A stretch of 64,000 nt of DNA from Verrucomicrobiota bacterium (GTDB taxonomy: Bacteria; Verrucomicrobiota; Verrucomicrobiia; Opitutales; Cerasicoccaceae), in the NCBI GenBank assembly GCA_039818205.1, contig JBCBUK010000001.1:224001-288000 (forward strand). Reading direction: 5' to 3'. The notes under the pieces were generated by a model that saw only the letters and a program-made list of their open reading frames with translations, searched no databases and had not been told where the DNA came from. The position numbers and the translations under genes were made by a program. Of this stretch, positions 21,096 to 30,784 are shown piece after piece (the first letter of the stretch is position 1; the number at the start of each line of letters is the position of its first letter).

Positions 21096-21557
21096 CTAAT
21101 CAAGAACCGGGCTGAATGGACCCGACGTTAGCTTGTCGTATTTGAGTTTCAGGTAGCGTTCGATACGCTTCACGGCATCATCGCCATAGACCTCCTTCAC
21201 ATAGCCAAACATCTCGGTGCGCAGGCGCTGGCACTCGGCATTCACTTCCGGCGGAAAGGAACGCCCCTCGAAGCTATCACCGCTAAGCGCCTCAACGCGT
21301 GCTGCGATTGGACGCAGATCGGCTGACACCGTGGTGAGCTTTTGTGGGTCATTGTAAAACGCCGCCAAATATCCAAGCGTTTCGACGACCGGCACCCGGT
21401 AATGGATGTTCAGAGTAACCCGTTCGGGCTCCTTCCAACGGTCCTCTGCCATCTCCAACCGATCCATACGGCGACGTTCCTTGAACATCGAGGGCGCTGC
21501 GACCAGCTCCAGCGAAAAGACGACGGCCAATACGCCGATAATCAATCTAGCTTGCAT
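21096..21557 (-). CDS. Exported hypothetical protein
   Basis: 153 aa; signal peptide; upstream TTGACC-N17-TGTATT-N6-ATG. Confidence 0.7.
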   Translation of the reverse strand: MQARLIIGVLAVVFSLELVAAPSMFKERRRMDRLEMAEDRWKEPERVTLNIHYRVPVVETLGYLAAFYNDPQKLTTVSADLRPIAARVEALSGDSFEGRSFPPEVNAECQRLRTEMFGYVKEVYGDDAVKRIERYLKLKYDKLTSGPFSPVLD

Positions 21558-21629
21558 CAGCCCAATACATCCTGGGAAGCACCCCGGGTCAAGTCTGCCC
21601 TAACGGGGACCAATCAAAGCGGTCACTAG

Positions 21630-22406
21630 CTAGGGTTGCTCCGACCGGCCAAGCAAATCCTCGATAAACATTCGGCGCTCTTCATCCGTCAGATTATCAA
21701 AACGGCCGTATACCTCTTGATAGGACGGAAGGCTATACCAGCGACTTACACCAATGCTGAATGTAGGTTCGATCCCCGAAGCACTGCTGCCAAACGAACG
21801 ACCAACAACGCTACCGGCCGAGGAGCTGCTTCCTTGATCAGTCTGTGACTGGGAACCAGTGCTCACGACCTCTCCCTTCATATAATGAATGTAGGCCCGC
21901 GCTGGGTGGAAGGTGTTCCGAATGTGATTCTGAAAAAGCCCGGCAATGGACTCCCGACTAAAAACCGGCGCATCAGTGTTCTTACGCGCAGAATACTGAT
22001 TCATCACCTGCAAGGAGAACGACGCATTGCCCTCAGGCAAATCCAGGCTGAACTCGGAGAGACCAGCTCCCCCTTGCGATCCGCCTACCCAGTGAATCGG
22101 CTCAAACTTGAGTCGGTCTGAAATATCCAATCGCTGCCCATCTCGATTCTCTAGGAAGAATGAAAACTCATCGGTATCATCGTCATAGCGCTTAATCAGG
22201 TAGGCGCCGCGAAACTCGGGCCTTTCATTGATCCGAACCAGAGAGTTGACCATGGTACGCTGGGTGTATCTTACCGCGCGGGCACGGTCACCCTCGTCAA
22301 CGAAAATGGTGACGCCAAACATCACCCGCCACTCATACACAATCGCTTGCGCATCCGCGGCAAGGATGGCGATCGCAAGCCCTAAAATATTACGGAAAGA
22401 CTTCAC
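21630..22406 (-). CDS. Exported hypothetical protein
   Basis: 258 aa; signal peptide ending AQA; no recognised domain. Confidence 0.7.
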   Translation of the reverse strand: MKSFRNILGLAIAILAADAQAIVYEWRVMFGVTIFVDEGDRARAVRYTQRTMVNSLVRINERPEFRGAYLIKRYDDDTDEFSFFLENRDGQRLDISDRLKFEPIHWVGGSQGGAGLSEFSLDLPEGNASFSLQVMNQYSARKNTDAPVFSRESIAGLFQNHIRNTFHPARAYIHYMKGEVVSTGSQSQTDQGSSSSAGSVVGRSFGSSASGIEPTFSIGVSRWYSLPSYQEVYGRFDNLTDEERRMFIEDLLGRSEQP

Positions 22407-22452
22407 GTAAGAGAGCCTAGGATTGAAATTGTCCGAAACAAACTAAATTTAC

Positions 22453-22485
22453 AAAAAAACACCGCGCGAAACCGCACGGTGTTTT
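22453..22485 (-). terminator. Intrinsic terminator of the TPR gene
   Basis: AAAACACCG...CGGTGTTTT stem with T7 on the minus strand. Confidence 0.75.
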
Positions 22486-22506
22486 CAAAGAAATTGGATA
22501 TTAAAC

Positions 22507-23922
22507 CTAGGCGTTCTTCTGAGTATAGAAGGAGTTGATCTTATCAGCCACATCGAGGTAACCAATATCGTTGGAGTAAATAATTTTGTACTCCTCGATG
22601 GCTTTCTCCATATTGCCATTCTTCTCGTGCGCTAATGCGAGCTGATAGATGACCGACTTCTTGGTGTCGTCCATTCCAGGGATCTCTTTCTTGGCCTCCT
22701 CAAATTGGGAGATCGCCATGTCGTAGATGCCCTTCTCGGCCATTGCCCGTCCCAGCATAAGGATCGCCTTGACCCGAACCTTCGGGTTGCGCTGAGCCTT
22801 TTGGAATTCACTGATCGACTCGTCAAAATTCGATTCTTCGAAGAGCAAAACACCGAGCTCGTAACGTGCAGCGTAATCGTTCGGATACTTCTCAACGATG
22901 CGCCGAGCATTGTGCAAGCGAAACTGATGTTCCTCAGCATGGAGCTGATCGAGTTGCGCTTTTATTTCTGCATTCTCACCCTCTTCTTCGATCTGCTTTT
23001 CGAGCTTTTCGATCGCAGCACGCTTGATCGCCAGATTCAGATCAATCTCCAGGCGCTCGAGGGTTGGATCGCTCTTACCAGAGGCAGTTTCGCGGGCCAG
23101 GTTGGTGTAGTGGAGAGCTTGATCGAAGAACCCAATCGTCCGATAAGCACTGATCATCTCCCGGTATAGGGTGAGATTTTCTGGCTCCTCCTTGAGGAGT
23201 TCTAAATTCTTAGCGGCCAATTTTTCGACGGTTTCCTCGTCGTTGACAACACGAGCAGCCTGCTCGAGTTCGATGGCCTTTTCTTCGTCCGCCAGCTTGT
23301 CGCGGAATCCGCCTTCTTCTTCCCACTTACCTTCATCCATCGAATGGGCGACGGAGGCGCGGCGCACAACCTCTTGGGCTCCTTCATCCGCAGGATTGTT
23401 GCGAAGAATTTGATCGCCAATCGCGATGGCTTCCTTCGGGCGCTTCGCATGGATTAGCGCGTTGGCCAGCATCAAACTATTGTCGTCAGTCGACTCAACC
23501 TGGACGAGACCTTCGTAAGCAAATACCGCAGTCTCCCACAACTCGAGCTTCTCCGAAGCTTTTCCCAATAGGCGATGCCCGAGAGGCATGCTCGGATCCT
23601 CGGTGATCTTTTTCTCTGCCTGAATAAGCATAGAACTCGGATCCTTTTCCAGAGCACCCTTGCTCTTCATGGCAAAAGGCGCACTGGTAACCTTACCCAG
23701 CATTTTGCCGAGGCCACTGGTTTTACCAGATTTGGCCTTTTGTTGAGCCTGACGGAGCAAACGGCGAACGTCCAAGCACCCAGGGTGCCGGGTCACGATG
23801 CCTAGGAACACATCGACCGCGTAAGAGGGGTTCTTTGCGATGTTCTTTTTAGCAGCATCCACCTGCTTGCGCAGACGAGGATCGAGTTGATTGAGCGATT
23901 CTTCTTGCAGGGTGTCGGTCAT
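22507..23922 (-). CDS. Tetratricopeptide-repeat protein
   Basis: About 471 aa from MTDTLQ; several TPR-like helices (YPNDYAARYELGVLL, IYQLALAHE), C-terminal DIGYLDV. Confidence 0.85.
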   Translation of the reverse strand: MTDTLQEESLNQLDPRLRKQVDAAKKNIAKNPSYAVDVFLGIVTRHPGCLDVRRLLRQAQQKAKSGKTSGLGKMLGKVTSAPFAMKSKGALEKDPSSMLIQAEKKITEDPSMPLGHRLLGKASEKLELWETAVFAYEGLVQVESTDDNSLMLANALIHAKRPKEAIAIGDQILRNNPADEGAQEVVRRASVAHSMDEGKWEEEGGFRDKLADEEKAIELEQAARVVNDEETVEKLAAKNLELLKEEPENLTLYREMISAYRTIGFFDQALHYTNLARETASGKSDPTLERLEIDLNLAIKRAAIEKLEKQIEEEGENAEIKAQLDQLHAEEHQFRLHNARRIVEKYPNDYAARYELGVLLFEESNFDESISEFQKAQRNPKVRVKAILMLGRAMAEKGIYDMAISQFEEAKKEIPGMDDTKKSVIYQLALAHEKNGNMEKAIEEYKIIYSNDIGYLDVADKINSFYTQKNA

Positions 23923-23995
23923 AGGAAATTTTGTAGAAACCTTCAGGCTAAGGCTATCACTTAGGCCGTCAACTTTCAATCTCGGCTTCTAATTC

Positions 23996-24511
23996 TTATT
24001 TAGCGCCCTGATCCCCAGCCGTTTCCTCGGCCTCATCGGCCTCAGGCTCGGGATCCAATCCGGCTGGCGAGTAGCCAACGCTGACCCCCATATTGGCAAT
24101 CACCTGCACTGCATGGTCGTCCCAAAACTCCACCATGTGGAGGTCTTTGGAGTTGGTAAACTCGATGCGTTCGAGCCCGTTTTCGGCCAACCATGCTCCG
24201 ACAGCAGCACGCCCCTCCTCTGTCGCGGCCCGGGCGGTCAAGATCTTGACTTTGACTCGCTTATGTTTTGTCCAGTCCTCGATTCGGGCAATCATGTCGG
24301 GAACGGGCGCGCCGATCGGACCGCTGAGGCCTTCGTCTGTCCGCTCAGAAAGCACCCCGTCGAGCCCAATACCGAGCCAAGAATGGGTATCCTTTTCATC
24401 CCGACTGTAGACACGCTCATCGTCGCTTTCGGCCGCATCGCCTGCTTCATCCGTCTTCGGTTCTTCAGGAGCGGGGGAACGGGAAAACAACTGTTTGAAT
24501 TTTGATAACAC
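23996..24511 (-). CDS. HAD-superfamily-like protein lacking the first catalytic Asp
   Basis: WLGIGLDG, IGAPVP, KILTAR, TNSKD, EFWDD. Start placed at GTG 24511 from promoter geometry (TTGACT-N16-TATTTT-N7); the ORF track starts at 24520. Confidence 0.65.
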   Translation of the reverse strand: MLSKFKQLFSRSPAPEEPKTDEAGDAAESDDERVYSRDEKDTHSWLGIGLDGVLSERTDEGLSGPIGAPVPDMIARIEDWTKHKRVKVKILTARAATEEGRAAVGAWLAENGLERIEFTNSKDLHMVEFWDDHAVQVIANMGVSVGYSPAGLDPEPEADEAEETAGDQGAK

Positions 24512-24592
24512 GCTCGTCAAAATAGACTAGCAGATCGGGGAGTCAATGCGGACAGGGAGCGAAAATCCCCAAGAATGCCACGATCGAAAAAC

Positions 24593-24624
24593 AAAAAAGC
24601 AGGCGGCCGCGAACGACCGCCTGC
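24593..24624 (-). terminator. Intrinsic terminator of gpmA
   Basis: GCAGGCGG...CCGCCTGC stem with T6 on the minus strand. Confidence 0.75.
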
Positions 24625-24644
24625 CAGCAAAAAATTTGGCTCAA

Positions 24645-25391
24645 CTACTTAGCCTTACCCTGATTGGCAACGGCCTCCATGGCAGCCTTTACCTTTTCAG
24701 GATCACCCAGGTAGTAGAATTTCTGTGTTTCAAAGTTTTCGTCCAATTCGAAGACCAATGGCATTCCGGTCGGGATGTTCACGCCGATAATGTCTTCCTC
24801 CGAAACCTTCGCGAGGTGCATATAAAGGGCGCGGAGGCTGTTACCATGAGCTGCGAGAACCACGGATTTGCCCGCTTTGACCTGAGGCTTAACCTCGACC
24901 TCCCAGTAAGGCAGGAAACGCTCAACGCAGTCCTTGAGGCACTCCGTTGCCGGCAGATCGTCTTTAGGCAAGTCTGCGTAGCAGGACTCATTGGCTGGGT
25001 GACGCTCGTCAGAAACTTCCAGTGGTGGTGGCGGTGTGTCGTAGCTGCGGCGCCAAACAAGCACCTGCTCTTCACCGTGCTTTTCCGCGGTTTCAGCCTT
25101 ATTGAGGCCCTGCAGGGCACCGTAGTGGCGTTCGTTGAGGCGCCAGTGCTTGATCACCGGAATGTAGTTCAAGTCCATTTCCTCGAGGGCGAGATTCAGG
25201 GTGCGAATCGCGCGCGTGAGTAATGACGTGTAAGCCAGATCAAACTTGAAGCCTTCCTTCTTAAGGACTTCGCCCGCTGAACGAGCCTGTTTTTCACCTT
25301 CTTCGGTCAGATTAACATCGGTCCAACCGGTGAAGCGGTTCTCCAGATTCCATTGGCTTTCGCCGTGCCGCAGCAATACGATCTTATACAT
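24645..25391 (-). CDS. gpmA: 2,3-bisphosphoglycerate-dependent phosphoglycerate mutase
   Basis: [32 protein letters not shown]. Confidence 0.97.
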   Translation of the reverse strand: MYKIVLLRHGESQWNLENRFTGWTDVNLTEEGEKQARSAGEVLKKEGFKFDLAYTSLLTRAIRTLNLALEEMDLNYIPVIKHWRLNERHYGALQGLNKAETAEKHGEEQVLVWRRSYDTPPPPLEVSDERHPANESCYADLPKDDLPATECLKDCVERFLPYWEVEVKPQVKAGKSVVLAAHGNSLRALYMHLAKVSEEDIIGVNIPTGMPLVFELDENFETQKFYYLGDPEKVKAAMEAVANQGKAK

Positions 25392-25490
25392 GACGTGGTT
25401 ATTGGTTTAATTTTTCGCGCCCAGCCCACAGCATTACGCCCCAGAGTCAAGCCGTTAGGTCAGCCAAGGCAAATCTGTGACGGGCAAGGC

Positions 25491-26270
25491 CTAAATCTGG
25501 ATCATCCCCTGCAAATAAGCCGCAGTGTGACCCGAAATGAAAACGCGGTCTCCGGCAACACGACACCATAGGTTTCCAGTTCGCTTGGAAATTTGCTTGG
25601 CGGAGAGGTCCTTTTTCCCCAGACGATCCGCCCAATACGGCGCAAGGGTGCAATGGGCACTGCCAGTCACCGGATCTTCATCAATGCCGAAATTCGGCGC
25701 AAAGAACCGGCTTACAAAATCTTCCGATTCGCCGGGCCCGGTGACAATGACACCCCGCAAATCAAGATCTTTCAAACGTCGAAAATCGGGATCGAGGCCC
25801 GCCACCGCCTCGGCTGAGGAAAGCACGACCAGATAATCCGCCGCGCTCAGGCATGCTTCCGGCGAAACTCCTAACCCGTCCTCTAGTGCGACTGGCACCT
25901 CACAGGGAGAAGCCGGAACCGACGGGAAGTCTAAGGTCAATCGCTCCTGCTCGCGCAAAACTCGTAACGGGCCACTGTTCGACTGAAACTCAACCGCTGA
26001 CTTATCCGAGCAACCATGGTCCAATAGAACCCTTGCTGCGGCCAAGGTCGCATGCCCGCACAGATCGACTTCTTTCACCGGTGTAAACCAGCGGATGCGG
26101 TAGCCCGCTTCTTCCAACACATAGAACGCGGTTTCAGCCAAGTTGTTCTCCTCCGCGATCGCTTGAAGCATCTCTTCAGGCAGCCATTCCTCCAGCGGAC
26201 ATACCGCGGCTGGGTTTCCTTTAAACGGACGATCCGTAAATGCGTCGATCTGGTAGAGAGGGATTTTCAT
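25491..26270 (-). CDS. PhzF family isomerase
   Basis: DAFTDRPFKGNPAAV, EVDLCGHATLA, EDPVTGSAH. Confidence 0.93.
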   Translation of the reverse strand: MKIPLYQIDAFTDRPFKGNPAAVCPLEEWLPEEMLQAIAEENNLAETAFYVLEEAGYRIRWFTPVKEVDLCGHATLAAARVLLDHGCSDKSAVEFQSNSGPLRVLREQERLTLDFPSVPASPCEVPVALEDGLGVSPEACLSAADYLVVLSSAEAVAGLDPDFRRLKDLDLRGVIVTGPGESEDFVSRFFAPNFGIDEDPVTGSAHCTLAPYWADRLGKKDLSAKQISKRTGNLWCRVAGDRVFISGHTAAYLQGMIQI

Positions 26271-26317
26271 GTGGCCTCCAATGAAAGCCACGCGCCATCA
26301 GAAAGCAACGACGCAGG

Positions 26318-27193
26318 CTAAACCAGAACCATCACGATTGCGACCACGAGCATGAAGGCACCAATGAAACGGCGAACCATCACTCCCCGACCCGCTTCGC
26401 TTTCGCGGTTGCCGAACCAATGTCCGATCATCAACACCAGGACGACGCCCCAGAGGCCTCGGGAGGCATAGATAATGTTCACAGCGGTCGCATCTCCCCA
26501 AAAACCAATGGCGCTGCCAATCCCCAATGCTTGCAGCCCCATAAAACCCGCCCCACCAAGTAGCCAGGGCCAAGCCTTTTTCGGAATCTGACTCAGCGGT
26601 GCTTGGAAAAACGGAACCAACGTGAAGGACAGCAGAAGCATCGCGATGTTCACCACCACCAGGAAATAGCCCGGGCCGAAATCATGGGCATACTTCATCA
26701 CGAGGACATCGGTCAATCCGTATGCCGCGGAAGCGGCCAGCGCCATGCCTGCGGTTTTCCAGACTGCTCGCCGATTCGACCAATCAGAAAACCCGAGGAG
26801 AAATATTGCCACTGACGTCAAACCGGCAGCAATCCACCAAATTGTCGTCACGGGTCCCGCTCCGATCAGCACACTGAATGCGGCAACAAAGACCACCTTC
26901 GTCCCCATCATCGGCGCTTGTATCGAAACATCCCCAAAGCGAATGGCCGTAAACGTAAGCACATAACCAATAAAATAACCAGCTCCGGCAACGATGGGCC
27001 AATGTAGCTGGCTCCAGTCAGGTGGACCCGGATCGACCAGAAACAACGGTGCAAAAAATATCGTAAATCCGACGTTGGTGACAAATGAGAGCTGTAATAT
27101 GCCGACTCCTTCCTTCAATGCCCGCTTGGAGAAGAGAGACGATACCGCGTACAGCACCGCGGCAAGCGCCGGAAGGATATATTGAATGGGCAT
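26318..27193 (-). CDS. EamA/DMT family transporter
   Basis: 291 aa; about 10 hydrophobic segments in two repeats. Confidence 0.85.
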   Translation of the reverse strand: MPIQYILPALAAVLYAVSSLFSKRALKEGVGILQLSFVTNVGFTIFFAPLFLVDPGPPDWSQLHWPIVAGAGYFIGYVLTFTAIRFGDVSIQAPMMGTKVVFVAAFSVLIGAGPVTTIWWIAAGLTSVAIFLLGFSDWSNRRAVWKTAGMALAASAAYGLTDVLVMKYAHDFGPGYFLVVVNIAMLLLSFTLVPFFQAPLSQIPKKAWPWLLGGAGFMGLQALGIGSAIGFWGDATAVNIIYASRGLWGVVLVLMIGHWFGNRESEAGRGVMVRRFIGAFMLVVAIVMVLV

Positions 27194-27202
27194 GATCGGC
27201 CA

Positions 27203-28159
27203 CTAGCACTGAGCAATCGCGTCAGCGACCGCAAGACCGGACATTGCGGCTCCCTCAATCCTCGGTGCTGAGAAACCGTCGCCAGCCATCCACAGTTGGC
27301 GTTTTGGGTCAGCAAAATATTCGCGATCATGCTCAGTCAATCGCAAGGCATAGCGCCATCGGTGGATCATCCAGTCCAGAAGGTTCGCCCGGATAAATGG
27401 ACGGGCCGTATTGAAGAGTACGGTCTTCAATTCTTCGCTGCCCTTATCAAAATAGCGCTCAGCAAATTCCGGCCCACTGTGAATCGTGATGGATGGCGCG
27501 CCCGATACCCCTTTTTGCTGGTTGTCTCCAATCCAGGTGATGGGTTCCGGGTGATCGAATTTCAACATCCCTGGTGCAACCAAATTACTCGGTCCGTCCA
27601 AACGGCCCAACAGAGCAATACACTTAGCATACTGAATCGAACGCAAAAAGGTGTTGTCGGCATCGGTTAAAGCAGCGCCTCCTGCATCCAATATACCCAG
27701 GGCCTGTGGCACCGGCGGAGTCAACAGCAAGCAGGCAGCTCTCAGTTGAGTACCCGATTCAGTTTTCAACAGCCAATTCCTATCCTCGCGCTGCGCGCTA
27801 ATGACCATTTGATTCTGGTGCAGGTCGAGCTCTTCCGCCAAAAAGTGAGCAACACTGGTAATCGATGGGTGGCCAACGTATCGGGGAAAATCGTCTTCAC
27901 TACTGCGCCAATTCTTAATCAATCCTAAGCCTAACCAATCGTCTACTAGAGCCCGAAAACGTTCTTCGCGAGCCGTGAAGTATTGGGCTCCATGATCAAA
28001 ACGAGCGTGGCCATCAAAGCGGCTCGCCATGCGTCCCCCCACTCCAAAGGACTTCTCCAAAATGACTACGCGCATACCATAGTGGTCGCGCAGTCGCCGG
28101 GCTGCCAATAACCCTGAGATACCGGCACCTACGATCGCTATATCAAAACCCTCAATCAT
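27203..28159 (-). CDS. Renalase-like FAD-dependent oxidoreductase
   Basis: IVGAGISG, EKSFGVGGRMASR, FDHGAQYFTAR, HRWRYA, RIEGAAMSG. Confidence 0.9.
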   Translation of the reverse strand: MIEGFDIAIVGAGISGLLAARRLRDHYGMRVVILEKSFGVGGRMASRFDGHARFDHGAQYFTAREERFRALVDDWLGLGLIKNWRSSEDDFPRYVGHPSITSVAHFLAEELDLHQNQMVISAQREDRNWLLKTESGTQLRAACLLLTPPVPQALGILDAGGAALTDADNTFLRSIQYAKCIALLGRLDGPSNLVAPGMLKFDHPEPITWIGDNQQKGVSGAPSITIHSGPEFAERYFDKGSEELKTVLFNTARPFIRANLLDWMIHRWRYALRLTEHDREYFADPKRQLWMAGDGFSAPRIEGAAMSGLAVADAIAQC

Positions 28160-29054
28160 TCTGCTCTGCTAACAAATGCTCCAGAGCGGGACTGAGTTTC
28201 GGGAACGCAAATTTGAAACCCAGGTCTCGCAATCGTGCGGGAACTATTGGAGCGTCAGCAAGTAGAGTCTCTTCCGCCATTTCGCCAAAAGCGAGTTTTA
28301 ATGCAAAGGCTGGTGCTGGAATCTTAGCAGGTTTTCCAACCGCATTGCCCAACGCCGATGCGAATTCGCTATTTGTCACGATTTCTGGAGCGGTCAAATT
28401 GAATGGCCCAAAGGCTTCATCGGTGCTCAGGAGATACTCAAGGGCATGCACAGCGTCATCCAACGCAATCCATCCAAGACGCTGTTTCCCGGATCCGACT
28501 GGTCCGCCAAGGCCAAGCTTGAAAGGTGGCAGCATCTTCGCGAGCGCACCACCCTCTGGTGACAAGATCACCCCGAACCGGGCGATCGCAACTCGCAGCC
28601 CAAGTGACTCCGCCTTTTGCGCCTCGGCTTCCCAATCGCGACAAACCTCGGCCAAAAAACCGTTACCCAGCGGCGCCTGCTCGTCGACGGGCTCGCCGTG
28701 TTTGATCCCGTAATAGCCAACACCAGACGCCGAAATAAACACCTTGGGTCGTTCTTTTAGACGCTCGATCGATTCAATAAGCAATCGAGCGGAGTCAATA
28801 CGGCTACTGCGAATGACTTTTTTTCGGGCTGCTGTCCACCGCCCTTCAGCAATTCCAGAACCCGCAAGATGGATCACGGCTTCGACGCCCTCAAGTTGAC
28901 TGGCGTCGAGCGTCATTTTCTCCAGATCCCATTGTATGCCGTTCGGAACAACCGAACGCGAAATGGGAACAACGGAGTGTCCGCTCTTTTCCAACTGTTT
29001 AGTTAAGGCGCGGCCCACCATACCGGTGGCTCCCGTAATTGCGACTTTGCTCAC
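28152..29054 (-). CDS. TIGR01777 family NAD(P)-dependent epimerase/oxidoreductase
   Basis: ITGATGMVG, IHLAG, FLAEVCRDWE, GLGGPVGSGKQ. GTG start overlaps the upstream TGA (GTGA). Confidence 0.92.
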   Translation of the reverse strand: MSKVAITGATGMVGRALTKQLEKSGHSVVPISRSVVPNGIQWDLEKMTLDASQLEGVEAVIHLAGSGIAEGRWTAARKKVIRSSRIDSARLLIESIERLKERPKVFISASGVGYYGIKHGEPVDEQAPLGNGFLAEVCRDWEAEAQKAESLGLRVAIARFGVILSPEGGALAKMLPPFKLGLGGPVGSGKQRLGWIALDDAVHALEYLLSTDEAFGPFNLTAPEIVTNSEFASALGNAVGKPAKIPAPAFALKLAFGEMAEETLLADAPIVPARLRDLGFKFAFPKLSPALEHLLAEQND

Positions 29055-30634
29055 AACGATAGTTCCTTTTGATTCGAGCAACCGGTCATTGCTGGATCTT
29101 TTTTGATGGATGCAGCCCGTGATTGGATTGCATCGAGTTCGTCTTCGGGTTTTCGATCGAGATTACGAAGCTGGAGGCTCATTCGTCGATTAGATTTAAG
29201 GCTATCTCGATGACGGGCGAGATAATCCCAATATAGAGTCGTGAAAGGACAAGCATCATCGCCCGTCGCCTTCTTGGGGTTAAAACGGCAGTTTCGGCAA
29301 TAGTTGCTCATGCGATCAATGTAACTACCCGAAGCAACGTATGGCTTAGATGCCATCACACCACCGTCGCCATACTGAGACATACCCAAGGTATTTGGCA
29401 ACTCGACCCATTCAACCGCATCGACGTAAACCGCCAGATACCACGCATGAACCTCTTGTGGCCTTACGCCAAGCAGCAGACTATATAGCCCGGTAACCAT
29501 CAGCCGCTGGATGTGGTGAGCGTAGCCATGCTCAAGCGTCTGATTGATTGCGTTTTTGAGGCACTGCATGTCGGTTTCGCCCGTCCAATAAAAGTCAGGC
29601 AACGACTCCTCGGCTTCCATCCCATTGCGCTCCAGGTAGTCTGGCATGAATCTCCAGTAGACGCCGCGCACGTATTCCCGCCAACCAAGAATTTGCCGAA
29701 TAAATCCCTCGACTGCCGCCAATGGAGCCTGTTGCGATTGATACGCATCTTCCGCCTTTTGAATGACTTCTCGCGGATCCAGCAACTTCAGATTCAGGCA
29801 GGAAGAAACAAGCGAATGGAAAAGAAAGGGTTCCTTCGTCCACATAGCATCCTGATAGTCACCAAAGTTCGGCAGACGCCTTTGAATGAAATCGTCAAGC
29901 ACCTGCAGAGCTTGCTTGCGAGATACTGCCCAGCGAAAAGTCTCCACACTCCCCGGGTGATCACGAAATCGCTCCTTCACCAGATCGATGACTTGGCTTG
30001 TCGTATCGTCCGGCGAGAATGTCAGAGGCTCGGCATTGAGCTCGGGACCATTACTGCCAAAACTCTTGCGATTGCTCGCATCGAAATTCCACTCGCCGCC
30101 TTCGGGTTTATCCTGATCCATAAGAACATCGTGGCGCTTGCGCATCTCCCGGTAGAAGAATTCCATGCGCAGTTGTTTGCGACCTTCGGCGTGGGCAGAG
30201 AAATCGTCGAGTGAACACATGAAGTGCCGGTCTGGTCGAATCTCGAGTCCTACCCCTAACCGCTCGATGGTTTGACTCAAGCCGTCTTGCAAGCGGTACT
30301 CGCCCGGCTGAACCAAAATAACCTTGGTCAGCTTAAGCTTCTGCAAGTCTTTTGCCAACTGCTCCGCTAAGGAAGTCGGCTTCGAATTCTTAGTCAGCCT
30401 CGTATAGTAAACCGTCTTACCTTCCGCAAGACGCTCATCCCGAAAGTGGCGCATCGCTGCCAAGAAGATCACAATGCGTTGCTTTGCTGACCAAACGTAG
30501 GTCGATTCATCGACCACCTCAGCCATCCAGATGGCGTCTTGTGAAACATCAAAACCATCAAACGCTGATGAGTCTGCGTTCAGCTGATCACCCAAGACCA
30601 AAATCAAGTGACGAATGCCCTTAGGCTTAGCCAT
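29051..30634 (-). CDS. Fe-S cluster bacterial cryptochrome/photolyase (FeS-BCP, PhrB-like (6-4) photolyase)
   Basis: LVLGDQL, MEFFYREMR, FGDYQDAM, HHIQRLMV, and four candidate Fe-S cysteines (MQCL, YCRNC, ACPF). Confidence 0.92.
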   Translation of the reverse strand: MAKPKGIRHLILVLGDQLNADSSAFDGFDVSQDAIWMAEVVDESTYVWSAKQRIVIFLAAMRHFRDERLAEGKTVYYTRLTKNSKPTSLAEQLAKDLQKLKLTKVILVQPGEYRLQDGLSQTIERLGVGLEIRPDRHFMCSLDDFSAHAEGRKQLRMEFFYREMRKRHDVLMDQDKPEGGEWNFDASNRKSFGSNGPELNAEPLTFSPDDTTSQVIDLVKERFRDHPGSVETFRWAVSRKQALQVLDDFIQRRLPNFGDYQDAMWTKEPFLFHSLVSSCLNLKLLDPREVIQKAEDAYQSQQAPLAAVEGFIRQILGWREYVRGVYWRFMPDYLERNGMEAEESLPDFYWTGETDMQCLKNAINQTLEHGYAHHIQRLMVTGLYSLLLGVRPQEVHAWYLAVYVDAVEWVELPNTLGMSQYGDGGVMASKPYVASGSYIDRMSNYCRNCRFNPKKATGDDACPFTTLYWDYLARHRDSLKSNRRMSLQLRNLDRKPEDELDAIQSRAASIKKDPAMTGCSNQKELSL

Positions 30635-30784
30635 CGCCAATGCCTTTCACGTTCGCTAGATCCTTGTAAGCACGATAACATTCATGATTTGTCTGCCGTA
30701 TCCGATGAAGGCCGTTCATTGGAAAAACTAAACGGAACTATGCGATTAACTCAACCGGCGCCGGCACATATTTCCGGTGATAAG

